Shown piece after piece: positions 8,585-16,136 of a stretch of 32,000 nt of DNA. How positions within the stretch are numbered: position 1 is the stretch's first letter; every line of letters begins with the position of its first letter. Under the pieces are notes generated by a model. The model had not been told where the DNA came from and searched no databases. It worked only from the letters and a program-made list of their open reading frames with translations. The DNA is from an uncultured Candidatus Saccharimonas sp. (GTDB lineage Bacteria; Patescibacteriota; Saccharimonadia; Saccharimonadales; Saccharimonadaceae): assembly GCA_963528875.1 (NCBI GenBank), contig CAURWT010000001.1, positions 150,001-182,000 of the forward strand, read 5' to 3'. A program made the translations under genes and the position numbers.

Positions 8585-9550
8585 ATGAAGAAACTCATCA
8601 CAATCATGATTCCAGCTTATAATGAAGAAAAAGCTCTACCAAAACTTTTCGAAAGGCTCAACCTTTTAGCAAAAAATACTTCAAAATATGATTTTGAATT
8701 TCTTTTTATTAATGACGGTTCGAAAGATAAAACAATGGAAATTATTAGAAGTGAGAGCCAAAAAGATTCGCGAATTTCCTACATTAATTTAAGCCGAAAT
8801 TTTGGAAAAGAAAATGCAATGCTGGCAGGTTTTGATTATGCAAAAGGAGATGCATTAGTGATTATTGATGCAGATCTACAAGATCCACCAGAGTTAATTC
8901 CTGCAATGATCAACCTTTGGGAAGAAGGTTTTGATGATGTTTATGCTAAACGTGAATCTCGTGATGGTGAAACTTGGCTTAAAAAGCAAACTTCGAAATG
9001 GTTCTACAGCATACTTGATAAAATTTCACAAATTGAAATTCAACGCGACACTGGCGATTTTCGACTTCTCGACCGCCGTGCAGTCGAAGCTCTAAAAACT
9101 CTCCGCGAAATCAACCGTTATACCAAAGGAATGTTCTCTTGGGTTGGTTTTCGAAAGAAAGAAATTACTTATAAACGTGATGCGCGTGTAGCGGGCGAAA
9201 CAAAATGGAATTATGCAAAACTTTTCAATCTAGCAATCGAAGGAATCACTAGCTTCACTGTCGCACCACTTCGCATTGCTACAATTACAGGATTTTTTAT
9301 CTCAATCGCTGCATTTTTATGGATCGCTTTTTTACTAATTCGCCCGCTTTTCGGTGTTCCAACTGGTGACGGTTATACTTCAATTATGTCGGTAATTCTT
9401 TTTCTTGGTGGAATTCAACTCCTCTCAATTGGAATTTTAGGCGAATATATTGGTCGAATTTTCATCGAAAGCAAAAATCGCCCTGTTTATCTAGCGCAAG
9501 AAATCAAGGAATTCAATCATGAAAAATCTACTAAAAAAGCTAAAAAATAG
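8585..9550 (+). CDS. Polyprenyl-phosphate glycosyltransferase (GT2; GtrB/ArnC/DPM1-like)
   Basis: The track ORF starts at a TTG at 8555. I prefer ATG 8585 (MKKLITIMIPAYNEE). Motifs: FINDGSKD, IIDADLQDPPE, GDFRLLDRR, plus two C-terminal TM helices. Confidence 0.85.
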   Translation: MKKLITIMIPAYNEEKALPKLFERLNLLAKNTSKYDFEFLFINDGSKDKTMEIIRSESQKDSRISYINLSRNFGKENAMLAGFDYAKGDALVIIDADLQDPPELIPAMINLWEEGFDDVYAKRESRDGETWLKKQTSKWFYSILDKISQIEIQRDTGDFRLLDRRAVEALKTLREINRYTKGMFSWVGFRKKEITYKRDARVAGETKWNYAKLFNLAIEGITSFTVAPLRIATITGFFISIAAFLWIAFLLIRPLFGVPTGDGYTSIMSVILFLGGIQLLSIGILGEYIGRIFIESKNRPVYLAQEIKEFNHEKSTKKAKK

Positions 9551-9950
9551 CCAAGAATTTTGGTTTGCAGCAATTGGCGGGTTGAATACAATTCTAGATT
9601 TTGTAATTCTTTTTGGGCTAACTTCTCTTGGAATTAGCTCTTTAATTGCGAACATTTTCTCAACTGGGATTACTTTTATAAATAGCTTTGGCTTAAATAA
9701 AAAAATCACTTTTAAATCAGTTTCAAAAAGCAAAAAAGAACTCGTTCGAGAAATGGCGCTTTTTATTATTGTAACACTTTTTGGACTTTGGGTCATTCAA
9801 GGTGTGATAATTTTTCTAACTTTACCATTTTTCGAAAATATTTTAAAAAATCCAAGAATATCGCTTTTAATTTCAAAGCTTATCGCTACCATCTTCAGTT
9901 TAATCTGGAACTTTATACTTTATAAAAAAGTTGTATTCAATAAAAATTAA
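9519..9950 (+). CDS. GtrA-family small membrane protein
   Basis: Four-helix 143-aa protein with the GtrA-like N-terminus FWFAAIGGLNTILDFVILFGL. It overlaps the GtrB-like gene by 32 nt, which is the usual pairing. Confidence 0.75.
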   Translation: MKNLLKKLKNSQEFWFAAIGGLNTILDFVILFGLTSLGISSLIANIFSTGITFINSFGLNKKITFKSVSKSKKELVREMALFIIVTLFGLWVIQGVIIFLTLPFFENILKNPRISLLISKLIATIFSLIWNFILYKKVVFNKN

Positions 9951-10035
9951 ACATATTGTTTACTAAAGAAATTTATAACCGATTTGGAAGCCATTTTTAA
10001 CCTAAAAACAAAATAAAATAAGCCTTTCAAAAGAC

Positions 10036-10491
10036 TTATTTTTTCGAAATAATTAATTGTCGTTCGCGACCTTCACCTTCAGAATGTGTTTCGATATCTG
10101 AATAATCTTGAGCTAATTTATGGACAGTGAAGCGGTCAGTTGGATTTAAGTTTAATCGGTAAGGCTCGCCAGTTTTTCGAACTTGTTCAATCCATTTTTC
10201 AGCTTTTTCAGTAATTTTTTGAGCTCGTTGTTTTTTATAATCTGCAACATCAATATTTACACGGTGAATTTCAGCATTTTTAGCCTCAAGCGCTCGTGAA
10301 ATTAAAAATTGCAATGAACGTAAATTTCCAGAATCACGACCAATAAATAAAGAGTTTAGCTCGCTTGAAGGAACTGAAAGCTGAATAATCTCATCATCAG
10401 CAGTTGAATAGACCACCAAATTAACTCCGAAAAAGCTCAGAATATCTTCCAAAAACTTTTGTGCAAAAACAATTGATTCTTCTCGATTCAT
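10036..10491 (-). CDS. jag: Jag/KhpB-type RNA-binding protein (KH + R3H)
   Basis: I prefer ATG 10491 (MNREES...) because a GGAGG SD lies 4 nt upstream and the yidC stop is at 10493-10495. The C-terminus (RFTVHKLAQDYSDIETHSEGEGRERQLII) is R3H-like, and the gene shows conserved synteny with yidC. Confidence 0.8.
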   Translation of the reverse strand: MNREESIVFAQKFLEDILSFFGVNLVVYSTADDEIIQLSVPSSELNSLFIGRDSGNLRSLQFLISRALEAKNAEIHRVNIDVADYKKQRAQKITEKAEKWIEQVRKTGEPYRLNLNPTDRFTVHKLAQDYSDIETHSEGEGRERQLIISKK

Positions 10492-10492
10492 A

Positions 10493-11455
10493 TTACCTCC
10501 GTTTTCCATCTTTCGCTTTAATTCTTCGAATATTCGTTCCGCCTTTTTCTTTCAAATTTTTCTTTATCGGCTTAGATGGTGTATTTTTTACAATGATTGC
10601 TTCTTTAGCATTTTTAAGCTTATTTTTTGGAGATTCCTGAGCAATTTCTTCCATCTCTTTTGAATCAATTGAGAAAATATATTTTTGCTGAATGATTTGA
10701 ACGATGTTTGAAATTAAATAATAGAACGTTAAAGCACCATAGAGTCTCATCATAAGAAAGAACAAAATTACTGGGAGAATTAAATTCATATTAGAATTTA
10801 CAGCAGCGTTAAGTTCTGCTTGATTTGGCTCTTTTCCTTCTGCCGCTTCCTTAAAAATATCACGAACCCGCCGATTACCTTTTTTCGGCTGAGTTTGCCG
10901 AACCATATACCACTGCGAAAGTGTTAGTCCAACTAAAATTACCATCATAAAACCACTCGAAAGGTCATTTAAAGGTACAGCCGTATCTGTTAAATCGATA
11001 ACTCCAAGGAATTTTGGCTCAAGTTTTTTGCTTGAAATAACATCACTCACGCGACTCATTTGTGCAACCGGCTGATACACCCATTTCGAAATTTGATCAG
11101 GCGTATTTACTACGATTCGCATCACACTAAAGAAAGTTAGTAGAATTGGCAACTGAATAAATAATGCAAGCATTGAACGAAATGGCTTGAAATTATGACG
11201 GCGATAAAGCTCCATCATTTGCAAAGTTTCAGCTTGCTTATTACCTTTCGAATTTTTGCGAATTTTTTGTAATTCTGGCTGAAGCTCTCGCATAACTTTT
11301 GATTGATGAAGTTGACTTTTTGTAAGTGGCCACATCAAAAATCGCACAATTAAAGTGAAGACAATAATTGTGAAACCAAAATCACCAATAAAGTTATAAA
11401 TCACCAATAATAGGTTCAAAATTGGCTGAGTAATAAATAATTCAAACAAATTCAT
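10493..11455 (-). CDS. yidC: Membrane protein insertase, YidC/Oxa1 family
   Basis: RFLMWPLTKSQLHQSKVMRELQPELQKIRKNSKGNKQAETLQMMELYRRHNFKP is the conserved YidC core. The tail is basic, and the gene lies between rnpA and jag. Confidence 0.88.
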   Translation of the reverse strand: MNLFELFITQPILNLLLVIYNFIGDFGFTIIVFTLIVRFLMWPLTKSQLHQSKVMRELQPELQKIRKNSKGNKQAETLQMMELYRRHNFKPFRSMLALFIQLPILLTFFSVMRIVVNTPDQISKWVYQPVAQMSRVSDVISSKKLEPKFLGVIDLTDTAVPLNDLSSGFMMVILVGLTLSQWYMVRQTQPKKGNRRVRDIFKEAAEGKEPNQAELNAAVNSNMNLILPVILFFLMMRLYGALTFYYLISNIVQIIQQKYIFSIDSKEMEEIAQESPKNKLKNAKEAIIVKNTPSKPIKKNLKEKGGTNIRRIKAKDGKRR

Positions 11456-11478
11456 ATCTATTATTATACTACTTTCTA

Positions 11479-11832
11479 CTACTTATTACAATAAAAATCA
11501 GCCTCTTTAAAGATGTCAATTATGGTTTCTTTAAGTTCTTCATGCGGAATATCTTTTATACTTTTATGAAAAATCATCACTACAACATCAAAAGTGCCAT
11601 CAATTTTTGGTAGTTCATGGCGAATAATTTCATAAACTCGCCGGCGGATTCGATTTCGACCAACCGCACTCTTTAAAACCTTTTTCGAAACCACAACTGC
11701 AAAACGTGAATCTTTACGGCGTGGGTTTTGCGCAAATTTCACGGTAATTTTTTGTGTACGAACCGAAGTTCCATTTGAATAGACATAGCGTAAACTACCG
11801 TGACCGTGAAATCTATTTTTATAAGCTAACAT
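11479..11832 (-). CDS. rnpA: Ribonuclease P protein component
   Basis: FAVVVSKKVLKSAVGRNRIRRRVYE is the RnpA RNR motif, and the gene lies next to yidC. Confidence 0.88.
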   Translation of the reverse strand: MLAYKNRFHGHGSLRYVYSNGTSVRTQKITVKFAQNPRRKDSRFAVVVSKKVLKSAVGRNRIRRRVYEIIRHELPKIDGTFDVVVMIFHKSIKDIPHEELKETIIDIFKEADFYCNK

Positions 11833-11842
11833 AACTGTTTAT

Positions 11843-11851
11843 ATTTTAGCA
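11843..11851 (-). promoter_or_regulatory. Extended -10 box TGCTAAAAT, 10 nt upstream of the rnpA ATG
   Basis: The reverse complement of 11843-11851 is TGCTAAAAT, and there is no SD in the gap. Confidence 0.5.
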
Positions 11852-11910
11852 TTTTTTAAGTAATTTAGCAAATTAAAACGAGCTCACAGCAAGCCCGTTT
11901 TAGAAATTTA

Positions 11911-12525
11911 TTATAGATTAACAATAACTTTTTTATTAGACCAGAATGATGGTTGATAGTGGAGTTTTAGTGAAGAACCAGCAGGAACTTCGAAAATCAT
12001 AGAACCGCTCTTTTTACCACCTTTTACTAAATTACCAGAGCCAAGACTATCTGGCAAGCTATAGGTTTGAAAATCAAACCTTTCAGCAGCTCCATTAGAG
12101 TCTTCAGCCTTAAATTCGAAAACATTATAGTTCATTTCAGTTTCAGATTTATTTTCAATCTTTACTGAAACTTTTACGTATTCTTTACCATCTTTTGGCT
12201 TTATGTAAGTTTTTTCAGACTTCCAGTTTCGCTCAACTTTTTCAACGGTTAATTCTTTTCCGTCAAATGCAATTATATCACCAACGTTAAATTCAGTTTT
12301 TTCCTCTTTCTTAGGCTCACCTTTTTGAATTTGAGATGATCCGTTTGAACCAGAATTTTTATTTTCACCAACTTTTTCAGCCTGTTTAGATTGGCTCCCA
12401 ATAAGCACAATGAATATAACCACAATAACCCAAAACCAAGCTTTTTTATAGAACGGTTTCCCTGATTTAGTTTTTGCTAACTGTTTTTCATCCTTAAATT
12501 CTGTAGACAGCTTTTCTTCTTTCAT
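11911..12525 (-). CDS. DUF4352-like membrane-anchored extracellular protein
   Basis: N-terminal TM segment AWFWVIVVIFIVLIGS. The C-terminal beta-rich domain (VKVSVKIENKSETEMNYNVFEFKAEDSNG...SGSMIFEVPAGSSLKLHY) is typical of DUF4352. An AAAGGAG SD precedes the ATG. Confidence 0.7.
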   Translation of the reverse strand: MKEEKLSTEFKDEKQLAKTKSGKPFYKKAWFWVIVVIFIVLIGSQSKQAEKVGENKNSGSNGSSQIQKGEPKKEEKTEFNVGDIIAFDGKELTVEKVERNWKSEKTYIKPKDGKEYVKVSVKIENKSETEMNYNVFEFKAEDSNGAAERFDFQTYSLPDSLGSGNLVKGGKKSGSMIFEVPAGSSLKLHYQPSFWSNKKVIVNL

Positions 12526-12551
12526 TAGAACTCCTTTTATAAAATTTTAAT

Positions 12552-12565
12552 TTATTACGTAATAA
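12552..12565. promoter_or_regulatory. Perfect 14-bp palindrome TTATTACGTAATAA, immediately downstream of the putative -10 of the DUF4352-like gene
   Basis: Direct read; the sequence is self-complementary. Its position at about +1 of the candidate promoter makes it operator-like. Confidence 0.35.
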
Positions 12566-12596
12566 TTTTACCCCCCCCCCCGATATACTTTGTCAA
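12565..12596 (-). promoter_or_regulatory. Candidate sigma70-type promoter: TTGACA, a 20-nt spacer containing G11, then TAAAAT
   Basis: On the minus strand, TTGACA is at 12596-12591. The spacer is AAGTATATC plus eleven G. TAAAAT is at 12570-12565, about 39 nt upstream of ATG 12525. Confidence 0.4.
12571..12581. repeat. C11 (G11 on the minus strand) homopolymer tract
   Basis: Direct read of eleven consecutive C. It is the only long G/C homopolymer I saw in the window. Confidence 0.95.
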
Positions 12597-12610
12597 TAGC
12601 AAAAAATAAA

Positions 12611-12650
12611 AAAAGCACAGAACCTTAAATGAATTCTGTACCTTTTTTAT
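12611..12650 (-). terminator. Rho-independent terminator after copA
   Basis: The minus-strand RNA is GGUACAGAAUUCAUUUAAGGUUCUGUGC followed by UUUUUUUAUUUUUU. The stem is 8 bp with one G-U pair. Confidence 0.65.
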
Positions 12651-12655
12651 TTCAT

Positions 12656-14878
12656 CTAATCAATTTTCTCAACATTGAGAAGCAGCGAGCTAGTCAAAAC
12701 AGACAAAGAACTAAGGGCCATAGCAAGACCTGCTAGTTCTGGATTGAGGGTCAATCCCAGTCCTACAAAGACTCCAGCAGCAATTGGAATCCCAAGGATA
12801 TTGTAGATAGAGGCCCAGAAGAGATTGAGTAAGATCCTGCGGAAGGTTTTTTGACTCATGTCAAAGGTGCGCACAACGCCAAGCAAATCATTTTGCGTGA
12901 GCACGATGCCACCGGACTCGATCGCAATATCCGTTCCAGATCCCATAGCGATCCCCACATCCGCGATCGAGAGAGCTGGAGCATCATTGATCCCATCTCC
13001 AACAAAGGCGACCTTGCTAGCTTCTTGCAGTTTTTGGATGGCGCTAGCTTTTTCTTGAGGAAGGACATCAGCAATGACGGTGTCAATTCCCACTTGCTTA
13101 GCAATAGCTTGGGCCACCAGTTCATTATCCCCCGTTAACATGACCGTTTTCAAGCCCCGTTCTTTGAGCTTTTTGATCGCTTCTTTTGAGCTGGCCTTCG
13201 GAGCATCTTGAATGGCAATCAAGCCAATCACTTGCCCATCCACAGACAAACTGATCACTGTTTTGGCCTGCTCTTGCAACTCTACCATCCGTTTTTCAAG
13301 CTCCGGATCCATCGCTGTCCCGTCATGAAGTTTGCCATTTCCCAAGGTCACCAACTGCTGGTCGATCTGACCTTGGACCCCTTTTCCTTCAATCGCTTGG
13401 AAGTTTTCCACAGGGGATAACACCAAACCTTTTTCTTCTGCTTGGGATAACACCGCTTGGGCTAGTGGATGTTCTGAAAAAGTTTCAAGACTAGCAGCCA
13501 GTGTCAAGACACGCGCTTCATCTCCTACAACATCGGTTACAAGTGGTTGGCCAATGGTAATAGTCCCTGTCTTATCAAACACAACGGTTTGAATCTTTTG
13601 CACTTCTTGAAGAACTGTTCCATTTTTAATCAGAACCCCCATCTTGGCACTACGGCCGGTTCCGACCATCAGGGCTGTTGGGGTTGCTAAACCAAGGGCA
13701 CAAGGACAGGCAATAATGAGGACAGAGACTGCATAGAGCATGGCCTCTTGAAGCGACGCGCCCAGAAGCACGGACCAAACCCAGAAAGTCGCAATGGCCA
13801 AAATCGTCACCACTGGAACAAAGATACCTGAAATCTTATCCGTCAAATCTTGAATAGGAGCACGACTGGATTGGGCCATTTTGACAAAGTCCACAATTTG
13901 AGATAAGAGGGTCTCACTACCGACTTTTTCAGCCTTAAAGAGAATGGTCCCATTGCTGTTGATAGTGGAGCCAATAACTGCATCACCAACTGATTTTTCC
14001 ACAGGCAAGCTTTCACCTGTCACCATCGACTCATCAATGGTCGTACTTCCTTCTACAATCGTCCCATCAACCGCGATCTTTTCCCCAGGACGGACCCGAA
14101 TCAAGTCATCAATTTGGATATCTTCTGCCGCCACCTCGACATAGTTCCCATCACGGAGAACTTGAGCCGTTTTTGCCTGCAAATCCAACAACTTTTCCAC
14201 AGCCTCGGAGGCATTGTTACGCATCCGTTCTTCAAAGATTTGCCCTAAGAGGATAAAGAAGATGATAAAACCCGCAGCCTCAAAGTATACTGGCTGACCA
14301 GTAAAAAGGGCAAATACACTATAGACATAGGCTACCAGGGTTCCAAGAGCTACCAAGGTATCCATATTGGAATGGTGCTTCTTAAATGAGGCCCAGGCAC
14401 TCTTGATAAAAGGAACTCCTGCTACCAACATGATCGGCGTTGTCGCTAGAAAAGTCCCCCAGCGACCGACTGGATGGGATACAAATCCTGCCATCATCCC
14501 GATCATCAAGATCAATAAGGGAAGAGTAAAGATACTAGTAATCCAAAAGCGACCCAGTAAACTTAAGACACGACGGCGTTTTTTTACAACCGTGTAGGAA
14601 CCCTTTTGCATCTTCATTCCACATGAAAACTCGAAGTCCCCTGTTTCTGTCGGGGTAAAGGATATCACCTTATCCACACCGACTTCCAAAGGCTCTAAAA
14701 TCCCCTGATCTTCAAACAGAATTTCCTTGTAACAGCCGGAAGGATTGACCCGATGGAAGGTGATTTCAGCAGGGATCCCTTTTTGAAGTTGAAATTCCTT
14801 TGGACTATAGCCTTTTTCTGCTGTAATACGGATCTTTTGCACTCCGTTTTCCACAACTGCTTTTTGTTTTTCTACCAT
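12656..14878 (-). CDS. copA: Cu(I)-exporting P1B-type ATPase with a cupredoxin-like (CupA-like) N-terminal domain
   Basis: Motifs present: CPC ([13 protein letters not shown]), DKTGT (VFDKTGTIT), TGES (MVTGESLP), GDGINDAP. The N-terminus carries FSCGMKMQ and NPSGC rather than an MxCxxC HMA domain. I chose the ATG at 14878 (MVEKQK) because an AAGGAG SD lies 6 nt upstream; the track ORF starts at 14899. Confidence 0.95.
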   Translation of the reverse strand: MVEKQKAVVENGVQKIRITAEKGYSPKEFQLQKGIPAEITFHRVNPSGCYKEILFEDQGILEPLEVGVDKVISFTPTETGDFEFSCGMKMQKGSYTVVKKRRRVLSLLGRFWITSIFTLPLLILMIGMMAGFVSHPVGRWGTFLATTPIMLVAGVPFIKSAWASFKKHHSNMDTLVALGTLVAYVYSVFALFTGQPVYFEAAGFIIFFILLGQIFEERMRNNASEAVEKLLDLQAKTAQVLRDGNYVEVAAEDIQIDDLIRVRPGEKIAVDGTIVEGSTTIDESMVTGESLPVEKSVGDAVIGSTINSNGTILFKAEKVGSETLLSQIVDFVKMAQSSRAPIQDLTDKISGIFVPVVTILAIATFWVWSVLLGASLQEAMLYAVSVLIIACPCALGLATPTALMVGTGRSAKMGVLIKNGTVLQEVQKIQTVVFDKTGTITIGQPLVTDVVGDEARVLTLAASLETFSEHPLAQAVLSQAEEKGLVLSPVENFQAIEGKGVQGQIDQQLVTLGNGKLHDGTAMDPELEKRMVELQEQAKTVISLSVDGQVIGLIAIQDAPKASSKEAIKKLKERGLKTVMLTGDNELVAQAIAKQVGIDTVIADVLPQEKASAIQKLQEASKVAFVGDGINDAPALSIADVGIAMGSGTDIAIESGGIVLTQNDLLGVVRTFDMSQKTFRRILLNLFWASIYNILGIPIAAGVFVGLGLTLNPELAGLAMALSSLSVLTSSLLLNVEKID

Positions 14879-14888
14879 ACCTACTCCT

Positions 14889-15260
14889 TTATTCCACAAT
14901 CATGTGACCATGCATCATGTTCATTCCACATGAATACCCATATTCGCCCGCTTTTTCTGGCGTAATTTCAATGACATGTTTTTCACCTAAAGGCAAATCT
15001 TCATGAACGCCAAAATCTGGAAAGATCACTTGAGCCAGACATGAAGATGGATCCTTGCGATGAAAGATGATCCGGGCTGGAACATTCTTTTTCAGGACAA
15101 TGGTTTCAGGCGAATAGCCCCCCATGACTTCGACTTCAATTTCTTGATAACCTGATTTCTGACGAGCGTGGCCGCTTACCTTTTCATGCTCTGCAAAGAA
15201 CCACCAAGCAATAAAAGCAACCACAAGTAAACAAACAATACTAATCAACAATCCAAACAT
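14889..15260 (-). CDS. cupA: Membrane-anchored cupredoxin-like Cu(I) chaperone
   Basis: 123 aa with an N-terminal TM helix. Cys74, Cys111, Met113 and Met115 (SSC...SCGMNMM) sit at the positions I recall for the Cu(I) ligands of pneumococcal CupA. A GAAAGAAGGAA SD precedes the ATG. Confidence 0.9.
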   Translation of the reverse strand: MFGLLISIVCLLVVAFIAWWFFAEHEKVSGHARQKSGYQEIEVEVMGGYSPETIVLKKNVPARIIFHRKDPSSCLAQVIFPDFGVHEDLPLGEKHVIEITPEKAGEYGYSCGMNMMHGHMIVE

Positions 15261-15265
15261 GGAAT

Positions 15266-15294
15266 TTCCTTCTTTCTATTACATACAATTGCAA
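15266..15294. repeat. Direct repeat copy A (copY 3' end plus cupA RBS)
   Basis: TTCCTTCTTTCTATTACATACAATT (15266-15290) is identical to 16098-16122. After one mismatch, CAA also matches. Confidence 0.9.
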
Positions 15295-15674
15295 GGGACT
15301 GTTTCGACAGCCTCTGCTTTCTTTTCTTCCAGGACCTGCTGCAGCTGATTAAGATCTGCAAGCGTAAAGTCACTCGCCTGAATCAAGTTTTCAAGCACCT
15401 GGACAATCCTTTTGGAGCAAACCTTGTCTTTCACATCCTTAACGACCAAGTCTAAACTCTGGTCCTGCTTCAACAAAGCCGAGTAAACAAAGGCTTTGCC
15501 TGATTTTTCTCTAGTCAAACATCCTTTCTCCACCAAGCGGGTCAAGAGAGTCTTGACCGTCGACTTCGACCAGTCAAAGCGCTCGGACAAGACGGCAATC
15601 AAATCCGTGCTGGTCTGCTTGCCTTCCATCCAGATAATCTTCATGATGCGCCATTCCGCATTGGAAATTTGCAT
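15279..15674 (-). CDS. copY: Copper-responsive repressor, CopY/TcrY (BlaI/MecI-like winged helix) family
   Basis: 131 aa. The N-terminus (ISNAEWRIMKIIW...STVKTLLTRLVEKG) is the BlaI-type winged-helix domain. The C-terminus ends in a single C-x-C (VPCNCM). An AGGAG SD is present and cop boxes lie directly upstream. Confidence 0.9.
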   Translation of the reverse strand: MQISNAEWRIMKIIWMEGKQTSTDLIAVLSERFDWSKSTVKTLLTRLVEKGCLTREKSGKAFVYSALLKQDQSLDLVVKDVKDKVCSKRIVQVLENLIQASDFTLADLNQLQQVLEEKKAEAVETVPCNCM

Positions 15675-15693
15675 GACCTCTCCTTTCTAAATC

Positions 15694-15746
15694 TACATTT
15701 GTAAATCTTATAATCCTATTTTACCTCTAAGATTTACATTTGTCAA
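15694..15746 (-). promoter_or_regulatory. cop promoter with two cop boxes (CopY operators)
   Basis: On the minus strand, TTGACA is at 15746-15741, the spacer is 17 nt and TAAAAT is at 15723-15718. cop box 1 is TACATTTGTA at 15694-15703. cop box 2 is GACAAATGTA (minus strand) at 15735-15744. Both fit KACAnnTGTA. Confidence 0.85.
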
Positions 15747-15756
15747 CCAAAAGTTT

Positions 15757-15787
15757 TAAAAAAACAAATCTTCCTTTGAAGATTTGT
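15757..15787 (-). terminator. Rho-independent terminator of the decayed upstream (donor-context) gene
   Basis: Perfect 10-bp stem ACAAATCTTC/GAAGATTTGT (15764-15773 and 15778-15787) with a 4-nt loop. Seven U follow on the minus strand. Confidence 0.7.
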
Positions 15788-15821
15788 CTGGTTGGGCTTT
15801 TTTCACTCCCTATTTTTATCT

Positions 15822-16090
15822 CTATAACGTTTCCTGCAGAGCTTGGGCTAGGATGCGATACCCGGCCACACTTAGATGGAGGCCATCTGTCGTATAGGCT
15901 TCTGCTAACTGCCCCACTTCATCCAATAAAGACGAGTATACATCGACATAGCTGACCTGGTGGTAGGCTTGGGTCAATTATTGATAGGCCTGATTGAGGG
16001 CTTGATTTTTTTATTGGACCGGATAGAAACTTTCTTCTTGTAGCGCTCTTCTTGACTCACTCGATCAATACAATCCAAGCCAACCACCAA
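15822..16090 (-). pseudogene. 5'-truncated, stop-interrupted remnant of an SGNH/GDSL-family hydrolase gene
   Basis: The minus-strand translation ends ...KNQALNQAYQ*LTQAYHQVSYVDVYSSLLDEVGQLAEAYTTDGLHLSVAGYRILAQALQETL*. DGLHLS..GY is SGNH block V. I saw at least two in-frame TAA codons and a frame change further upstream. There is no start codon or N-terminal blocks. Confidence 0.6.
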
Positions 16091-16097
16091 GCTCAAA

Positions 16098-16126
16098 TTC
16101 CTTCTTTCTATTACATACAATTACAA
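16098..16126. repeat. Direct repeat copy B, at the right edge of the GC-rich insert
   Basis: Same 25-mer as 15266-15290. On the minus strand it still reads ...TGT AAT TGT ATG TAA (C-N-C-M-stop) followed by GAAAGAAGGAA. It lies about 10 nt after the lepA stop codon. Confidence 0.9.
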
Positions 16127-16136
16127 TGAATCGTTT

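Noticed and set aside
12851-14597. Several 66-95 aa ORFs on both strands inside copA (12851..13138, 12856..13125, 12858..13058, 13208..13420, 13944..14144, 14367..14597)
   Set aside because: All are nested in or antisense to the well-supported copA frame. The higher GC content here lowers stop-codon frequency in the alternative frames.
14670-14678. Perfect DnaA-box-like 9-mer TTATCCACA, with the rnpA-yidC-jag cluster nearby hinting at a replication origin
   Set aside because: It is a single occurrence inside the foreign copA coding sequence. I saw no cluster of boxes, no AT-rich unwinding element context and no dnaA or dnaN in the window. rpmH, which normally precedes rnpA, is also absent; the 78-nt gap at 11833-11910 cannot hold it.
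15740-15955. 71-aa plus-strand ORF in the copY upstream region
   Set aside because: It runs across the cop promoter, the terminator hairpin and the opposite strand of the SGNH-hydrolase remnant, whose minus-strand translation has the recognisable DGLHLS..GY block. It has no SD or promoter, so it looks like a shadow ORF.
12526-16136. Mobile-element machinery or att sites flanking the cop island (integrase, transposase, IS inverted repeats, tRNA target, target-site duplication)
   Set aside because: I looked at both junctions and all six frames and found none. The only repeat (15266-15294 and 16098-16126) is internal to the foreign block and does not flank it. I therefore do not call this a mobile element.
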